DNA of 64,000 nt from an uncultured Chloroflexia bacterium (GTDB lineage Bacteria > Chloroflexota > Limnocylindria > Limnocylindrales > CSP1-4), in assembly GCA_963819655.1 (NCBI GenBank), contig CAWFXA010000001.1:1-64000 (forward strand). Reading direction: 5' to 3'. The position numbers were made by a program, and so were the translations under genes. Below the pieces are notes generated by a model. That model worked only from the letters and a program-made list of their open reading frames with translations, was not told the DNA's origin and made no database searches. Positions 20,421 to 29,756 of this stretch are shown piece after piece (the first letter of the stretch is position 1; the number at the start of each line of letters is the position of its first letter).

Positions 20421-21119
20421 ATGGATCGTCCAGGACAAGAACCGCTCTCCCGCGCGCCCGCCCGCCGAGTGGGTCGTCCGGCGCAGCCGACCGACATCCC
20501 GGCCGAGGACGAGATCATGGCTCGGGGGCTGACAGCCTTTGCCGAGCTCGGGTACGACGGTGCGTCGGTCCGAGAGCTCGCGCGACGGCTGGGGGTGAGC
20601 CACAATTTCATCAACGACCGCTATGGCTCGAAGGAAGCGTTCTGGCGGGCCGTGATCGACCGGTCCCTGGCTGGCCAGGTTGCAGGCCTGCGCGCAGCCG
20701 TCGCCGTCGACGGCGAGGACGACCTGGCTCGGCTCCGCAGGCTCGTCCACGCGTTCCATCAGGCGAATGTTGCGGACCCTGATCTCCGCCGGATCCTCCA
20801 GTACGAGTCGATGCGCGGCGGCCGGCGGCTCGAATACGTGTTTCAGCACTACCTGGTGCCGGTTCGCGAGGCGGTCGCGCCCCTGGTGCAGCGCCTGGTC
20901 GAGCAAGGACGGGTTCGGCCGTTCCCGCTCGACGTGATGGTCTATGCCGTTGTCGCGATGAACTCGGTCAATGCCGAGGTGCCCTTCGTGTCGTTGCTCG
21001 GCGACACGTTCGCGGCCGATCCAAGCAGGTTCGCAGGGATGCTCAGTGACATCCTGCTGGACGGCCTAGTGACCACTCCCGGGGCTGACGCCGTACTCCG
21101 CGACGCCCCGGCGTCCTGA
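20421..21119 (+). CDS. TetR/AcrR family regulator
   Basis: FAELGYDGASVRELARRLGVS...YGSKEA. Confidence 0.9.
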   Translation: MDRPGQEPLSRAPARRVGRPAQPTDIPAEDEIMARGLTAFAELGYDGASVRELARRLGVSHNFINDRYGSKEAFWRAVIDRSLAGQVAGLRAAVAVDGEDDLARLRRLVHAFHQANVADPDLRRILQYESMRGGRRLEYVFQHYLVPVREAVAPLVQRLVEQGRVRPFPLDVMVYAVVAMNSVNAEVPFVSLLGDTFAADPSRFAGMLSDILLDGLVTTPGADAVLRDAPAS

Positions 21120-21171
21120 CCCTGGATCACGCACCTGCAGCCAATTGGCTGGTGTCTCCTCCCTCGATCGG

Positions 21172-21292
21172 AGCCTCCAGCGGATCCTCGGACCACACGA
21201 CGCTCGACATGGTCAAGCGCTACGTGGCGCTGGCCGAGTTGGAGATCGTCAGGCGGCTCCACGCCGGGCGTCACCGGCCGACCGGCTGCTCA
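21172..21292 (+). pseudogene. C-terminal remnant of a tyrosine recombinase/integrase
   Basis: With one indel it reads SLQRILG-HTTLDMVKRYVALAE...RASPADRL (LGH...catalytic Y box). Confidence 0.7.
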
Positions 21293-21478
21293 TTGGACCG
21301 AAAGTGTCGGTAATCCTGCCGCGGGCTGTCTTTGGCAGGCTTTCCGAGATCGGCGATCGGACGCGGCTGACGGTCGAGCAGTTTGTCGGTGCTGCGGCCG
21401 AGCGCATGGCAGCGTCGCCGCCGGTTCTGCCTGCGCTCCCCGCGATGAGCTCATGACCACGCACCAGACCTCCGCCAG

Positions 21479-21748
21479 TCAGTCCAGCGAATGTCCGTCC
21501 GTCGGTCCGAAGCGTCCGCTGACGCGAAGACTACGAAGGAACAGGACCGTGTTCACCTGGATCAGAGTCCAGGGTTCGTCGCCAATCGGGAGTCGGTTCA
21601 GGTACGCGGTGAGGTTCGATGCCTCGCCTGGTGCGAGCCCTCGGGACACGAGTTGTCGGTACGTTGACCTGGTCCCCCGAGGTCGACGCCTTTCAGGGCT
21701 GCCTCGCAGTACTGGACCGTCGGTGCATGAGCTCTGGTCGGTTCGCAT
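21479..21748 (-). CDS. Small hypothetical protein
   Basis: TYRQLVSRGLAPGEASNLTAYL...W.L.QVN..LFLR looks protein-like; start uncertain. Confidence 0.5.
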   Translation of the reverse strand: MRTDQSSCTDGPVLRGSPERRRPRGTRSTYRQLVSRGLAPGEASNLTAYLNRLPIGDEPWTLIQVNTVLFLRSLRVSGRFGPTDGHSLD

Positions 21749-21997
21749 ATGCCGAGCCGGCAGGGCCGTGTGGACCTCGGAGCCGCCAGGTGGTCGGAGG
21801 GGAGTTTCGGGAGACGCTGCCCGACTCTCGGCCGGTTGATTGCTAGCCATGTCGAGGCTCCAAATCTGAAAGCGGTCCGGCGCCGAAGCACGACATCTCA
21901 AGCGTCTGCCTGTCGCCGCGTCGCGGCACCGGCCGGTGGAATGGGGGAAGGCGTCTCCGGTGAGGAGGTCGACCGGAGACGCTGATGGAGTCGGAGA

Positions 21998-22846
21998 TCA
22001 GCGAGTGGAAGCCTCCGCGGCCTGCTCGATGAGCTTGGTGAAGCGAGCCGCGTAGTGGGTGTACCCACCCGCGTGGCTCGCCGCGTCGAACACGACGATC
22101 GTCGCCCCGGCCCGTTCGGCCATGAACCGCTGCAGCGCGGGCACGATCATTAGGTCCTCGCCCGACAGGGCGTACCACGACGGCAGCGTCGCCGTCGGGC
22201 CGGCCTGCTCGAAGAAGATCGGGAAATTGAACGGCTGCTGGGCAGCGGCGAAGGCCGCGGCGAGCTTGGGATTCAGGTCTGCGGCGAAGTCGGCGCGATA
22301 GCGAGCCGGGTCGATGATCGCCGGTGAGTTATACGGCTCGCCCTCGAAGAGGAGGTGCGGGATAGCCGCGGGCGGCGCGTAGCCTGCGCCCAGGCTGACG
22401 AGCGAGTCGCCTGGACGCGGCACGAACGCCGCGGTGTAGACGAGCCCGACAACGTCCGAACGACCGGCCGCTGCCTGGGTCGTCACGAAGCCGCCGTAGG
22501 AGTGACCGACCAGGATCTTCTGGCCGGGGATCGCGTCGAGCGTCGACCGAACAGTGGCGACGTCTTCCGCCGCGTTCATGGTACGGAGCCGGGGAGCGAC
22601 AACGGTGTAGCCGTCCTTGACGAGATCGGCGCGAACCTCGTCCCAGCCCTCAGGTCCGGCGAAGCCGCCGTGAACGAGGACGATGGTCAGGTTGGTTCCG
22701 GCCGCGTCGGCCGACCGCGCGAGAGCGGCGGCGGGAACACTGGAGAGAATCAGAAGTGCTCCCGTAAGGATGACCAGCCACGACATTCGCGGCCGGCGGG
22801 CCGCCTGGGCGGCAACCTGTGGATGTTGGTTGATGTGGGCGTTCAT
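21998..22846 (-). CDS. Secreted alpha/beta hydrolase (AB hydrolase-6 type)
   Basis: Signal peptide, VLVHGGF, GHSYGG, ASH. Confidence 0.9.
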   Translation of the reverse strand: MNAHINQHPQVAAQAARRPRMSWLVILTGALLILSSVPAAALARSADAAGTNLTIVLVHGGFAGPEGWDEVRADLVKDGYTVVAPRLRTMNAAEDVATVRSTLDAIPGQKILVGHSYGGFVTTQAAAGRSDVVGLVYTAAFVPRPGDSLVSLGAGYAPPAAIPHLLFEGEPYNSPAIIDPARYRADFAADLNPKLAAAFAAAQQPFNFPIFFEQAGPTATLPSWYALSGEDLMIVPALQRFMAERAGATIVVFDAASHAGGYTHYAARFTKLIEQAAEASTR

Positions 22847-22907
22847 GTCTGCCTCCGGGCTGCTTCGATTGGGTTCCCGGCGGCGCCTTTGTGGCGCTGC
22901 CCCCATG

Positions 22908-23009
22908 ACCGTACGAAGGGCGCCTGGGGAGTCGCTTCTGTCGCGTGACTTCAACCTTCGGTGGCAGATCCCCGCATGCCGAGCGGTACGAGCGTCGAAT
23001 GACTCAACC
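22908..23009 (-). promoter_or_regulatory. Dialect A promoter: distal box, proximal box and -10
   Basis: AGTCACGCGACAGAAGCGA-N18-TACGGT plus upstream GAGTCATTCGACG 54 bp away. Confidence 0.75.
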
Positions 23010-23072
23010 TCGCTCGGCGGGCGTCCGACAACGGGCGGCCGCGGCTGGACCACCATCTGCGACGAGAGGAAG

Positions 23073-23417
23073 ATGGTCCTCGAGATGGCTGCCCAACCGT
23101 TGCTCGGACGTGCGGAGGAACTCCGCCAAGTCGACGAACTTCTCAGCCGAGCCAGTCAGAGCGGCGGCGCCCTCCTGATTCGCGGTGAGGTCGGCGTCGG
23201 CAAGTCTTCGATCGTGGCCGAGGCGATCGCTCGTGCCGAGGCATCCGGTATGCGCGTCTTGCGAACGACTGGGGTGGAGTCCGAGACGAATCTTCCGTTT
23301 GCAGGGCTCCACCAGTTGCTGCGGACGTGGATCGGCGCCATCGATCAGTTGGCGAGTCCACAGAGAGCCGCGATCCGTGCGGCCCTCGGCATGGCCGACG
23401 AGGCAGTCCCCTGGTAG
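23073..23417 (+). pseudogene. Truncated AAA-ATPase/LuxR regulator (N-terminal ~113 aa)
   Basis: LLGRAEEL, GEVGVGKS, LPFAGLHQLL, then abrupt junction. Confidence 0.8.
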
Positions 23418-23937
23418 CACGCCGAGGGCGACGATCACGTGACCGCCGATGACGATCGTGAACGCGAGCGTCGCCAGACGATGCACCGCGGCCAAGAGCG
23501 CGAACGCCGGGCCGGCCTTGAAAAACGAGCGCCACACCCGTCACGATGAGCGCCACCAGCAGGGCCGCGATCGCGATATTGGCGAGCCGCTGGCCGGGAT
23601 CGAAGTGGCCCTCGTGGCGCGGGAAGCGCCCGGTGGCGATGGCGATCGGCCAGCGCACCAACCAGGCACGGTCACCCGGGTCGACGCGAATCGTCTCGCG
23701 CACGAATGTCGCGACACCGCGCAGCGCGAACGGCAGAGGAAGGACGGCCACCAGCAGCAGCGCTCAGCCGAACCAGACGTGCAGCTCGACGTCCGGTACG
23801 CCTGTGACCAGGGCGAGTGGCGACGGAGTTCCCTCGCGGCCGGCCAGCCACCAGCCGGTCGCGAGGAGAAGCAGCGTCGTCGCGTAGACCGCGGCGTGAT
23901 ACCGCCGGGTCGAGCGACGATGGCGTTCGATGGTCAT
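23408..23937 (-). pseudogene. Cytochrome b/b6-like (formate dehydrogenase gamma-like) membrane protein, disrupted
   Basis: R.YHA, H.W.G, GHFDPGQR, VH..., GH motifs; in-frame TGA at 23764, frameshift near 23530, 3' truncated. Confidence 0.65.
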
Positions 23938-23950
23938 CGGAACGCCCAGA

Positions 23951-24457
23951 TCAGTACCCATAGCCCGAGGGCGTGGCGGCGGGGACGGGGCTCTCCGCAT
24001 CATCCCCGCCACTGCCCGTGACGACGAGCGTGATGGTCTGCGACGCGCCAGCGTCGCTATGGTCGGGATTGCGGAGCGACACGATGATCGTGTGCTCGCC
24101 TGGCGCCAGCTCACGGCTGACCTGGACCGCGTTGCTGTAAGCCATATCGTAGTCGGCTGCGCCGGTGCCGCCGTCGAAGTTCAAATGGAGATGACGGTTC
24201 CCCGACTCGGGCGGTCCGAGCGAGACGTCTGTCTCGATCGTCATGCCAAAGGGGACGGAGACTTCCGCCCCATCGGCGGGGGCGGCGACGCTGAGGGTCA
24301 GGTCGCCGCCGCTCCCGCCGCCGCCCCCCTGCGCAGACGCATCGCAGGCTCCGACGACGAAGGCGAGCGCGAACGCGAGCGCGACGGTTCGGGTCGCCAG
24401 CGTGTCGAAACGCGAATTCTTTCTTTCTCGTGACCGAACGTACTCAGAGGTCTTCAC
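23951..24457 (-). CDS. Lipoprotein with Ig-like, His-containing domain (DUF4399-like)
   Basis: AGGAG RBS plus GTG, lipobox VGAC, P.DGA.V, HLHL, PGEHTI. Confidence 0.6.
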   Translation of the reverse strand: MKTSEYVRSRERKNSRFDTLATRTVALAFALAFVVGACDASAQGGGGGSGGDLTLSVAAPADGAEVSVPFGMTIETDVSLGPPESGNRHLHLNFDGGTGAADYDMAYSNAVQVSRELAPGEHTIIVSLRNPDHSDAGASQTITLVVTGSGGDDAESPVPAATPSGYGY

Positions 24458-24745
24458 TTGTGCTCCTGTTCTGATTGTGGTCGGGCAACTTGTCTGCTCA
24501 GACCGGGGCGTGATGCCTTGTGGAGGCGGAGCCCATACGGAAACGAGCCCCGACCAGATTTCGTCGGCCCAACGGCGAAGCTTCCGCGACCTCCGGCGTC
24601 CAGCTGGAGCACCTCCAACGCCTGACTCCACGGCGGAACGGTGCGGCGTGAAGCTGATCAGACAGGCGGCACCTGCTGCCGAGGAGCCTGGCGTCGTAAC
24701 GGACGCGGAGGGCGTCGCGACTCGACGCTCGCTACTGACGCAGGT

Positions 24746-24823
24746 GAGCTTGTAGACGTTCTCCCAACCGGAGCCGTCAACGAAACCCCCGTGCACCAGG
24801 ACGACGTTCCTTGCTTCAGCCAT
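24746..24823 (-). pseudogene. 26-codon stub of an alpha/beta hydrolase
   Basis: MAEARNVVLVHGGFVDGSGWENVYKL, nearly identical to the N-terminus of 28320-28994. Confidence 0.8.
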
Positions 24824-24914
24824 GATGATCTCCTTACGCTGGTCGGGCTCAAAGTCCCGGGGCTGAAACGCCATGCCGGTCGGCCCGTTGGCCGCACCTT
24901 GTGGTGCTGCACCG

Positions 24915-25014
24915 ACCCTACGAAGATCGCCCGCCGACTCGCTTCTGTCGCGTGACTCAACGTTCTGGGCGCTGTAATCCAGAGCACGGCCACAAGGACG
25001 TCAAATGACTCAAC
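24915..25014 (-). promoter_or_regulatory. Dialect A promoter: distal box, proximal box and -10
   Basis: GAGTCACGCGACAGAAGCGA-N18-TAGGGT plus GAGTCATTTGACG 53 bp upstream. Confidence 0.75.
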
Positions 25015-25068
25015 ATGGGATCGCAGGCATTCGAGGGAGCGCTTGGCAGCGGCGCACCTCGTTCGGCC

Positions 25069-25250
25069 CTAGCTGATGCCGGGCCCGAGGGCGCCCCTGG
25101 TCCAATTGAGCCCATCGACGGATCGCCACAGCGCGCGCTCTTCGGTGCCACAGCAGTCGCCTCCGAAGGCGAGCATGCCCAACGGGCCGACGGCGACGCC
25201 GTTCGGCTCGGAGGTGTCCGTCGCGGCCGAGACATAATCCACGGCGATCG
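25069..25250 (-). pseudogene. Remnant of a secreted BNR/Asp-box-like repeat protein
   Basis: VAVGPLGMLAFGG...ALWRSVDGLNW. Confidence 0.4.
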
Positions 25251-25251
25251 C

Positions 25252-25365
25252 GCCGGACCGACGAATCCGAGACCGCGCCACGCTCAAATCGCACCGACCA
25301 TCGGCGAAACGTTGGTAGTCCTCTGGATCAGGAGATCGAAGGTTCGAATCCTTCCTCGCCAGCCA
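25252..25365 (+). repeat. att-like copy 2: ~70-bp arm plus tRNA-Gln 3' half (core 25321-25365)
   Basis: 45-bp core identical to copies 1 and 3; arm alignable to 31434-31504. Confidence 0.9.
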
Positions 25366-25425
25366 TCACACACTACTCACGACTTCGTCCCGAAGGACCC
25401 CTGACCACGTTCGGCGGCGGGACGG

Positions 25426-28167
25426 TCAGGTCGGGATCAGGGCTTGGGCGTTGAGGACCCCATGAAGCTGAGCTCGCGACGTGATACCCAACTTGGGGTA
25501 GACGCGATAGAGGTGCGACCCGACGGTGCGATGCGACAGATAGAGCCGCTGACCGATATCTCGGTTCGATAGCCCGTTCGCGGCCATCTGGGCGATCTGA
25601 AGCTCCTGCGCCGAGAGTTGATCCCACGACGCAATGGACCTCTTCCGGCTCGTCTCGCCCGAGGCTCGAAGCTCCTCTCTAGCTCGGTCTCCCCACGTGA
25701 CGGTACCGAGCGCGTCGAAGGCATCGATGGCGGCCCGCAGCACCGGCCTCGACTCAGCCTGGCGCCGGTGGCGACGCAACCATCCTCCGAACTCCAGCAG
25801 AAGCCGCGCACGGTCGAACGGCCAGGCCGAGAGATCGTGCTCCAGGGCGTCACGGAACAGACCCTCCGCCGTCTCGTCTGGAGCCAGCAGGGCCCGCGCA
25901 TGACGGACGACCAGCTGCAGCCGGGGGGACGGCGTCTGGGCGGCCGCCACTTCGACGCGCTCCAAGGCTTCGAGCGCGTCGGCTCGCTCGCCGTGGTGGA
26001 GCGCCGCCTCCGCGTAGTCGCCGATCGCTCCGTAGCCCTTCTGGTAGTGGAACGCAGGGTCGTTGGGATCGAAGAGCCGACGCAGCTCGTGGTAGGCGTG
26101 GCTCGACCGACCGGCCCCAAGCGCGATCAGTGCGCGGAGGTAACCGACGTCCGCCAGGATGGCACTCCCGCCAAGCGGCAGCGCGAGCTGGTCGGCTTCG
26201 GCGAGGAATGCCTCGGCCGCGCCCTCCTCGCCCCGGAGGCCTGCGACGAGCGCCTGGGTGACCCGAGCCCGGGCGATCCACAAGGGCTGGCCGGTCTCGA
26301 CGGCCAGACGGTGGCCCTCCTCCGCGATGGGACCGGCATACCGAAGGTCACCGCGTTGGGCGGCGATCCAAGCCTGATAGGTCAGTGTCTGTCCAAGGAG
26401 CGCGAGCCGGCCTTCCCGACGCAGGCCGTCGATCGCGGACGCATAGAACCTGGATGCCGTGGACCAGTCGCCCGCGGTCGCGGCGGCGACGGCCAGTAGC
26501 CGATCGGAAGCGGGATCGAGCCCGTTGCCTGGACGCCTGGCTGTCACCCGCTCGATCACGTACCCTCCGAGCTCGAATGGGGCGGCCACCACGAGTGCTA
26601 TCAGCAGTCGTGGATCATCGCTCTTCTGAAGCAGTGACTTCGCGAACGACACGATCTGATGCCGTGGGGGCGGATCCGCACCGACCCACCAACAGCGCAA
26701 CGCCGCGCTCATCAGAAGGTTGAGTGCCAGGTCGAGGTCATCGGCCGCTACCGCCACCTCAGCGCCATCGAGCAGCGACCCGGCGACCGTCTCCCCATCG
26801 GCAGAGACGCCATCCGTGAAGCTCTGGCCAACCCACGCCATACGCGCCCGCTCGAGTGTCGTCAGCACGGCTGGGTCGACGTTGGCCAGCAGGCGGAGGA
26901 CGAGATCCGGGCGTCCGAGCTCGAACGCGATCTGGGCCGCGCGCAGAAGTCGCCGGCCACGACCTCCGGAGTCCTCGCTCAGCCAGGCCGCACGCTCCAG
27001 TGCAGTGACAGCGACGGAATGGGCGCCTCGGGCGCGCGCGCGGTCCGCGGCTTCGTCGAGCTCCATTGCGACGCCTTCGTCCGAACCGAGAGCTGCGGCG
27101 GCGAGGTGCCACGCTCGCCGATCGGGCGAGGCGGTGAGGACCATGGCGAGGGCGGTGTGCGACGTTCGTCGTTCGACATTCGTGGCCGCCTGGTAGATGG
27201 CCGAACGCACCAAAGGGTGGCGGAACGTGAGGACGCCGCCGCCTGCGTGGACGAGGCCCGCATCGATCGCAGGGTCGAGGCTGACCTCCGAGATTCCTTC
27301 GACGATCGTGCCCGTGGCGGCGACGATCTCGTCGATCTCGTTCGACTCGTTCGCGGTGGCGACCATCAGGAGCTGTCGCGTCGGATCCGGGAGCCGTGAG
27401 ATGCGTGCCAGGAACGCGTGCTCGAGGTGCTCGCTCAGGGGGAGGATCGCCGGCAACGTCGCAGCACCCTGACGCTGGTCCGAGGACAGCGCGTCGGGTA
27501 GCTCGACCAGCGCCAGCGGATTGCCGGCTGCCTCGGCGAGCAACCTATGACGGACCCGGGACGGCAGGTCCGGATTGTGGCGATCGAGCAGCTCCTGGGC
27601 CGCGGGCGCGTCCAGTGGTCCGAGGCGGAGTTCACGGAGACCTCCACGCAGCAGGGGCGAATGCAGGCCATCGCGCACCGCCACGAGCAGCGCGAGGGGA
27701 TCCGAGCCGAGCCGACGACCCACGAACGTCAGGACGTCGGCGGTCGGGACGTCAAGCCACTGCGCGTCATCGGCGAGGAGCACGACCGGCGTCTCGCTGG
27801 CGCGGTCAGTAAGGAGGCTGAGGGTTGCGAGGCCGACGAGGAACAGGTCCGGAGTCGCCTCGCCCGCTACGCCGAATGCCGTCTGGAGCGCGTTCCGCTG
27901 GCGGACGGGGAGCGTATCGACACCGTCGAGGACGGGGATCAGTGCCTGGTGGAGGCCCGCGAACGGCAGCTCCGCCTCGCCTTGGATGCCTGTCGCTGAA
28001 AGGACCCGCATGCCGAGCTCGTGCGCGCGCCGAGCCGCAGCATCCAGCAATGAGGATTTGCCGACGCCAGCATCCCCACGGATGAGCAGCGCGCCACCGG
28101 AGGCGACGAGCTCTTCGATCGCAGAGAGCTCCTGATCCCGCCCGAGCAGCCCCAGTGACGAATCCAT
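25426..28167 (-). CDS. Large AAA-ATPase/LuxR-HTH transcriptional regulator 2
   Basis: GDAGVGKS, DDAQWLD, GNPLALVEL, LuxR HTH LSAQE..IA..AA.GLSNRDIG..LYLSHRTV. Confidence 0.93.
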   Translation of the reverse strand: MDSSLGLLGRDQELSAIEELVASGGALLIRGDAGVGKSSLLDAAARRAHELGMRVLSATGIQGEAELPFAGLHQALIPVLDGVDTLPVRQRNALQTAFGVAGEATPDLFLVGLATLSLLTDRASETPVVLLADDAQWLDVPTADVLTFVGRRLGSDPLALLVAVRDGLHSPLLRGGLRELRLGPLDAPAAQELLDRHNPDLPSRVRHRLLAEAAGNPLALVELPDALSSDQRQGAATLPAILPLSEHLEHAFLARISRLPDPTRQLLMVATANESNEIDEIVAATGTIVEGISEVSLDPAIDAGLVHAGGGVLTFRHPLVRSAIYQAATNVERRTSHTALAMVLTASPDRRAWHLAAAALGSDEGVAMELDEAADRARARGAHSVAVTALERAAWLSEDSGGRGRRLLRAAQIAFELGRPDLVLRLLANVDPAVLTTLERARMAWVGQSFTDGVSADGETVAGSLLDGAEVAVAADDLDLALNLLMSAALRCWWVGADPPPRHQIVSFAKSLLQKSDDPRLLIALVVAAPFELGGYVIERVTARRPGNGLDPASDRLLAVAAATAGDWSTASRFYASAIDGLRREGRLALLGQTLTYQAWIAAQRGDLRYAGPIAEEGHRLAVETGQPLWIARARVTQALVAGLRGEEGAAEAFLAEADQLALPLGGSAILADVGYLRALIALGAGRSSHAYHELRRLFDPNDPAFHYQKGYGAIGDYAEAALHHGERADALEALERVEVAAAQTPSPRLQLVVRHARALLAPDETAEGLFRDALEHDLSAWPFDRARLLLEFGGWLRRHRRQAESRPVLRAAIDAFDALGTVTWGDRAREELRASGETSRKRSIASWDQLSAQELQIAQMAANGLSNRDIGQRLYLSHRTVGSHLYRVYPKLGITSRAQLHGVLNAQALIPT

Positions 28168-28261
28168 CGGATCCCGATCATCCTCCTCGGACGCAATGGG
28201 ACGCTCGTCCCTCGATGGTGCGGCTATGCCCTGACCTTGTGTCCGTCACCCAGACATTGCA

Positions 28262-28290
28262 GAGGCCGCCCCCAATGTAGGGAGCGGCCT
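28262..28290 (-). terminator. Hairpin downstream of alpha/beta hydrolase
   Basis: GAGGCCGC..CCC/GGG..GCGGCCTC stem. Confidence 0.45.
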
Positions 28291-28319
28291 CCGGTCAAAG
28301 CCGGCTGGTGGCCTCCCGC

Positions 28320-28994
28320 TCAGGCGGCCCTCTCGATGAGGTCGGCAACCGCTTCCGGCTGCGACACGTAGACCGCGTGACTGCCAGGAGTCTCGACCAC
28401 GGTCGCCCCGGCCCGCTTCGACATCTCGCGCTGGGCCGCCGGCGGGATCATGTGGTCGTCCTGTGCCACGAGATACCAGCTCGGCTTGGTCTTCCACGCC
28501 GGATGGCTGATAGCCCCCTGCAGCGCTTCCACGCCCCAGGGCACCTGCGAGTCGGCCATGAACGTCGCCAGCTGCTCGTCGACGTCTGCTGCGAACGATG
28601 CCGCGAACTTCGATCGATCGAGCAGGAGAAGCCCGTCCTGCGGTGGCAGGATCGGGGGCACGGGGGCGCCGGGAACGGGGTTGGCGATGAGGCTCGCCAC
28701 GGACTCGCCGGCGTCCGGAGCGAAGGCCGCGATGTAGACGAGCGCCGACACCTTCGGATCATTACCAGCCTCTGTGATGACCGCGCCACCGTAGGAATGG
28801 CCAACGAGGATGACGGGGCCATCCAGGGCGGCGATCACTTGACGGGTCGCCGTGACGTCGTCGGCCAGCGACTTCGTGGGATTCTGGACGACGCTCACAT
28901 TGAACCCGTCGCCCCGCAGCTTCGTGTAGACGGCCTCCCAGCCCGATCCATCGACGAACCCGCCGTGGACCAGTACGACGTTGCGAGCGGCCAT
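28320..28994 (-). CDS. Alpha/beta hydrolase (AB hydrolase-6 type)
   Basis: VLVHGGF, GHSYGG, DHMIPP, GSHA. Confidence 0.92.
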   Translation of the reverse strand: MAARNVVLVHGGFVDGSGWEAVYTKLRGDGFNVSVVQNPTKSLADDVTATRQVIAALDGPVILVGHSYGGAVITEAGNDPKVSALVYIAAFAPDAGESVASLIANPVPGAPVPPILPPQDGLLLLDRSKFAASFAADVDEQLATFMADSQVPWGVEALQGAISHPAWKTKPSWYLVAQDDHMIPPAAQREMSKRAGATVVETPGSHAVYVSQPEAVADLIERAA

Positions 28995-29106
28995 TGTTCG
29001 TTCTCCGGCCATTTTGATCCTCCTTCGGAATGTGTCGGACCCCGACCTGGCTGGGTGCCAGGGGCCGGAAGCCCGGTGGCCTGCGTCCCTTTCGAACGCA
29101 CATCCG

Positions 29107-29205
29107 AAGCTACCGATCGAAGTCGCCTGCTCGCGTCCGTCGCGCGACTCGAACCACCTCGTCGCCGGATGGCTGGGCGAGCCGGATGACCGTCGTATGA
29201 CTTAG
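29107..29205 (-). promoter_or_regulatory. Dialect A promoter: distal box, proximal box and -10
   Basis: GAGTCGCGCGACGGACGCGA-N18-TAGCTT plus AAGTCATACGACG 53 bp upstream. Confidence 0.72.
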
Positions 29206-29756
29206 CTGCGCCTCTCCGGCCACGAGGAAGCGGCCCATCTGCCAATCGACTCGCCGCGATGGTCTGGCGCGACAACCACCTGAGGGCGGCCCGTTCGCTG
29301 CGCTGGACGGTCCGGGTCGCAGATCTGGGGGGTCGACAGTCAGTCGACTGCCGCGGCCGGCGGTGAGCGCCTTCGAAGGTCATGAGCGTTCAGTCGCCAG
29401 ACGGACGCGACCGTCCGCAACAGGCGCCTAGGGTCGCCTTGCACGTCGACGATCGCCTGATTTCCCCACAAGTAGCAGGAGTACGGAACCATGAACGGAT
29501 CGCATGTCTCGGTCGCCCAAGTCGCGGCCAATCCTTTCAACCCGTCGAGGATCGGACGGCTTGCCGTCCTCCTGGCCGGGGCCCTCCTGGTCTGGGACGT
29601 GCCGGTGCCTGTCGTAACGCCGGTCGCGACGCAGGCCGCAGCCTGAGGTTCAGGGCCAGCCGTTTTTCGCCCAGGCGAGGACGGCTGGCCGTATTCGCCG
29701 CACCAAGCACGCTGGCGAATCGCCACGCGTGTCCACTTTGAGAAGGGAGCAATCCG

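Larger units (their letters stand above)
9098..25365. mobile_element. Decayed genomic island between tRNA-Gln att copies 1 and 2
   Basis: Flanked by direct tRNA 3' repeats; contains an integrase remnant and many gene stubs. Confidence 0.6.

Noticed and set aside
23764-23766. Selenocysteine or TGA recoding in the cytochrome b gene
   Set aside because: The context fits TGG-to-TGA at a Trp position, the gene is also frameshifted and truncated, and TGA is a normal stop elsewhere in the window.
16037-25385. Shared 11-mer ACTCACGACTT (minus strand at 16037, plus strand at 25375) as an integrase arm site
   Set aside because: An 11-bp match is expected by chance in 64 kb and has no other support.
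29611-29650. A ninth activator box upstream of the esterase (GTCGTAACGCCGGTCGCGA)
   Set aside because: It resembles dialect A, but the best -10 is only 15 nt away, so it is not counted.
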